Assembly: GCF_009914755.1 (NCBI RefSeq)
Contig: NC_060947.1
From: the human T2T-CHM13v2.0 reference genome, Homo sapiens
Length of the DNA stretch: 64,000 nucleotides
Strand: one strand, 5' to 3'
Shown: positions 62,623 to 64,000 of the stretch, piece after piece
How the letters are laid out: each line of letters starts with the position of its first letter
How positions within the stretch are numbered: the stretch's first letter is position 1
Translations under genes and position numbers: made by a program
The notes under the pieces: generated by a model
The model's database searches: none
Seen by the model: only the letters and a program-made list of their open reading frames with translations
What the model was told of the DNA's origin: nothing

Positions 62623-63304
62623 TGTGGTAGGCAGAATAATGCCCCCACCAAAGATATATTCCTTCTAATCCTTGAAACTTGTGAATGTATTACGTGACAT
62701 GGCAAAGGGGGATGAAGGCTGCAGATGGAATGAAGGTTGCTAAAAAGCCGACCTTAAGATAACAAGAACATCCTGGATTATCTGGGTGGGCCCAATGTAA
62801 TCACAAGGGTCCTTAAAAGTGGACGAAGGTAGCAGGAGAGTTAGAGTTAGAGAAGGACATATAATGGTGGAAGCAAGGTCAGAGCGGTGCAATATGAGAA
62901 GGGCTCAACTCACATTTGCTAGCTTTGAAGATTGAGGAAGTGTTACTAGCCAAGGAGTGTGGGTGGTCTCTAGAAGCTTTCAGAGGTGCTAGAAGATAAT
63001 TCACTTTCTTGTCTTTCCAGCTTCTAGAGACCACACACACTCCTTGGCTCATGGCTCCTTCCTCCATCTTCAAAGCTAGCAAATATGAGTCGAGTCCTTC
63101 TCACATCACTCCACTCTTTCCTTGCATCCATTATCATATGTCCTTCCCTGACTCTGACTCTTTGCCTCCTTCATCCACTTTGAAGGACCCTTGTGATTAC
63201 ATTGGGCCCACTGCAATAATCCAGGATAATCTCCTTATTTTATGGTCAGGTTATCAGCAACCATAATTTCATCTATAACCTTGATCCCCCTTTGCCATGT
63301 AACC
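62623..63304. mobile_element. Two MLT1D-like LTR portions arranged tail-to-tail (inverted)
   Basis: The plus copy starts TGTGGTAGGCAGAATAATG at 62623 and stops at TCTAGAAGCT (62978); a minus copy occupies 62979-63304. Confidence 0.88.
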
Positions 63305-64000
63305 AGAGGCTCCCCTGTGCCATCAAAATCCCAGTTCTCATACAGTCCATACATGAGTGATGCACTGCCAGCCACCCTCTGAATCCTCTCCAACCTCCAC
63401 TTCCTTGACTTCTGTCATTCCTGGTCCTGCTTCAGCATCCCTGGGTGAAACCCCCAGTTGTCTTCGTTGTATACTATGTTAGAAGGTGGTATGTGTTATG
63501 GAGGAAAGAAAAAAATAAGTCAGGGTGTGGGGAATTGGGAATGTTGGCAGGGGATGGTAGCAATGTTAAGTAGGGTGGACAGGGAAGGCCTCATGGAGAG
63601 GGGAGTATTGGAGTAAAGACATGGCATTTACTAATGGCGTGACATGATCATATCTGAAGATGGAAGCTGTAGCTCTGCTGGCTATATCTGTCATCCTCCA
63701 AGGGTTACATGAGGGCATAATAGAAGAAGGACTAGTAGAGAGGGAAGAGACATATGATTTGCAGATGAAGTGAGGTGTTTAGATGTCAAAGGCAGTACTA
63801 AAATGCCCCATTTGTGAATTACCTGGCACATTCTGCAGAGGGCAGGGTGATAGGCCCTTAGAAGCACTGTGCTAGGTTGGACAAGATGGAGGCTACAACA
63901 CAGACACAGACGTGGCAGTCTGCAGCCTATAGTGGTAGTGGAAGCCACGAGAGCAAACAAACTTAAAAGGAGACCCTGAGACCACTCACATTTCAGGGGC

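Noticed and set aside
58000-64000. NDP exons at the right end
   Set aside because: No Norrin-like cystine-knot peptide in the supplied ORFs; NDP is expected beyond the window.

Overview
Human (or very closely related ape) genomic DNA, identifiable as the 5' end of MAOB (monoamine oxidase B, Xp11.3). The minus strand carries coding exon 1 (MSNKCDVVVVGGGIS, 12496-12451) inside a CpG island, with a TAATATA box, two GC-box clusters and a CACCC element. Bases 1-12450 are MAOB intron 1. Bases ~12.8-64 kb are upstream intergenic DNA; from known gene order NDP lies further right, and no NDP exon is visible here. Most of the window is interspersed repeats: Alus, a 5.6-kb decayed L1PA7/8-like element, older L1 fragments, MaLR LTRs, and hAT/Tc-mariner MITEs. 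Repeat families were assigned by eye, not with RepeatMasker. I see no evidence of a new multi-gene system. The most noteworthy items are a ~2.75-kb retrocopy consisting only of a 3'UTR (recognised from memory as NAA50, needs BLAST), a ~600-bp fold-back inverted repeat of MLT1D sequence, and several small locally templated insertion or inversion scars.
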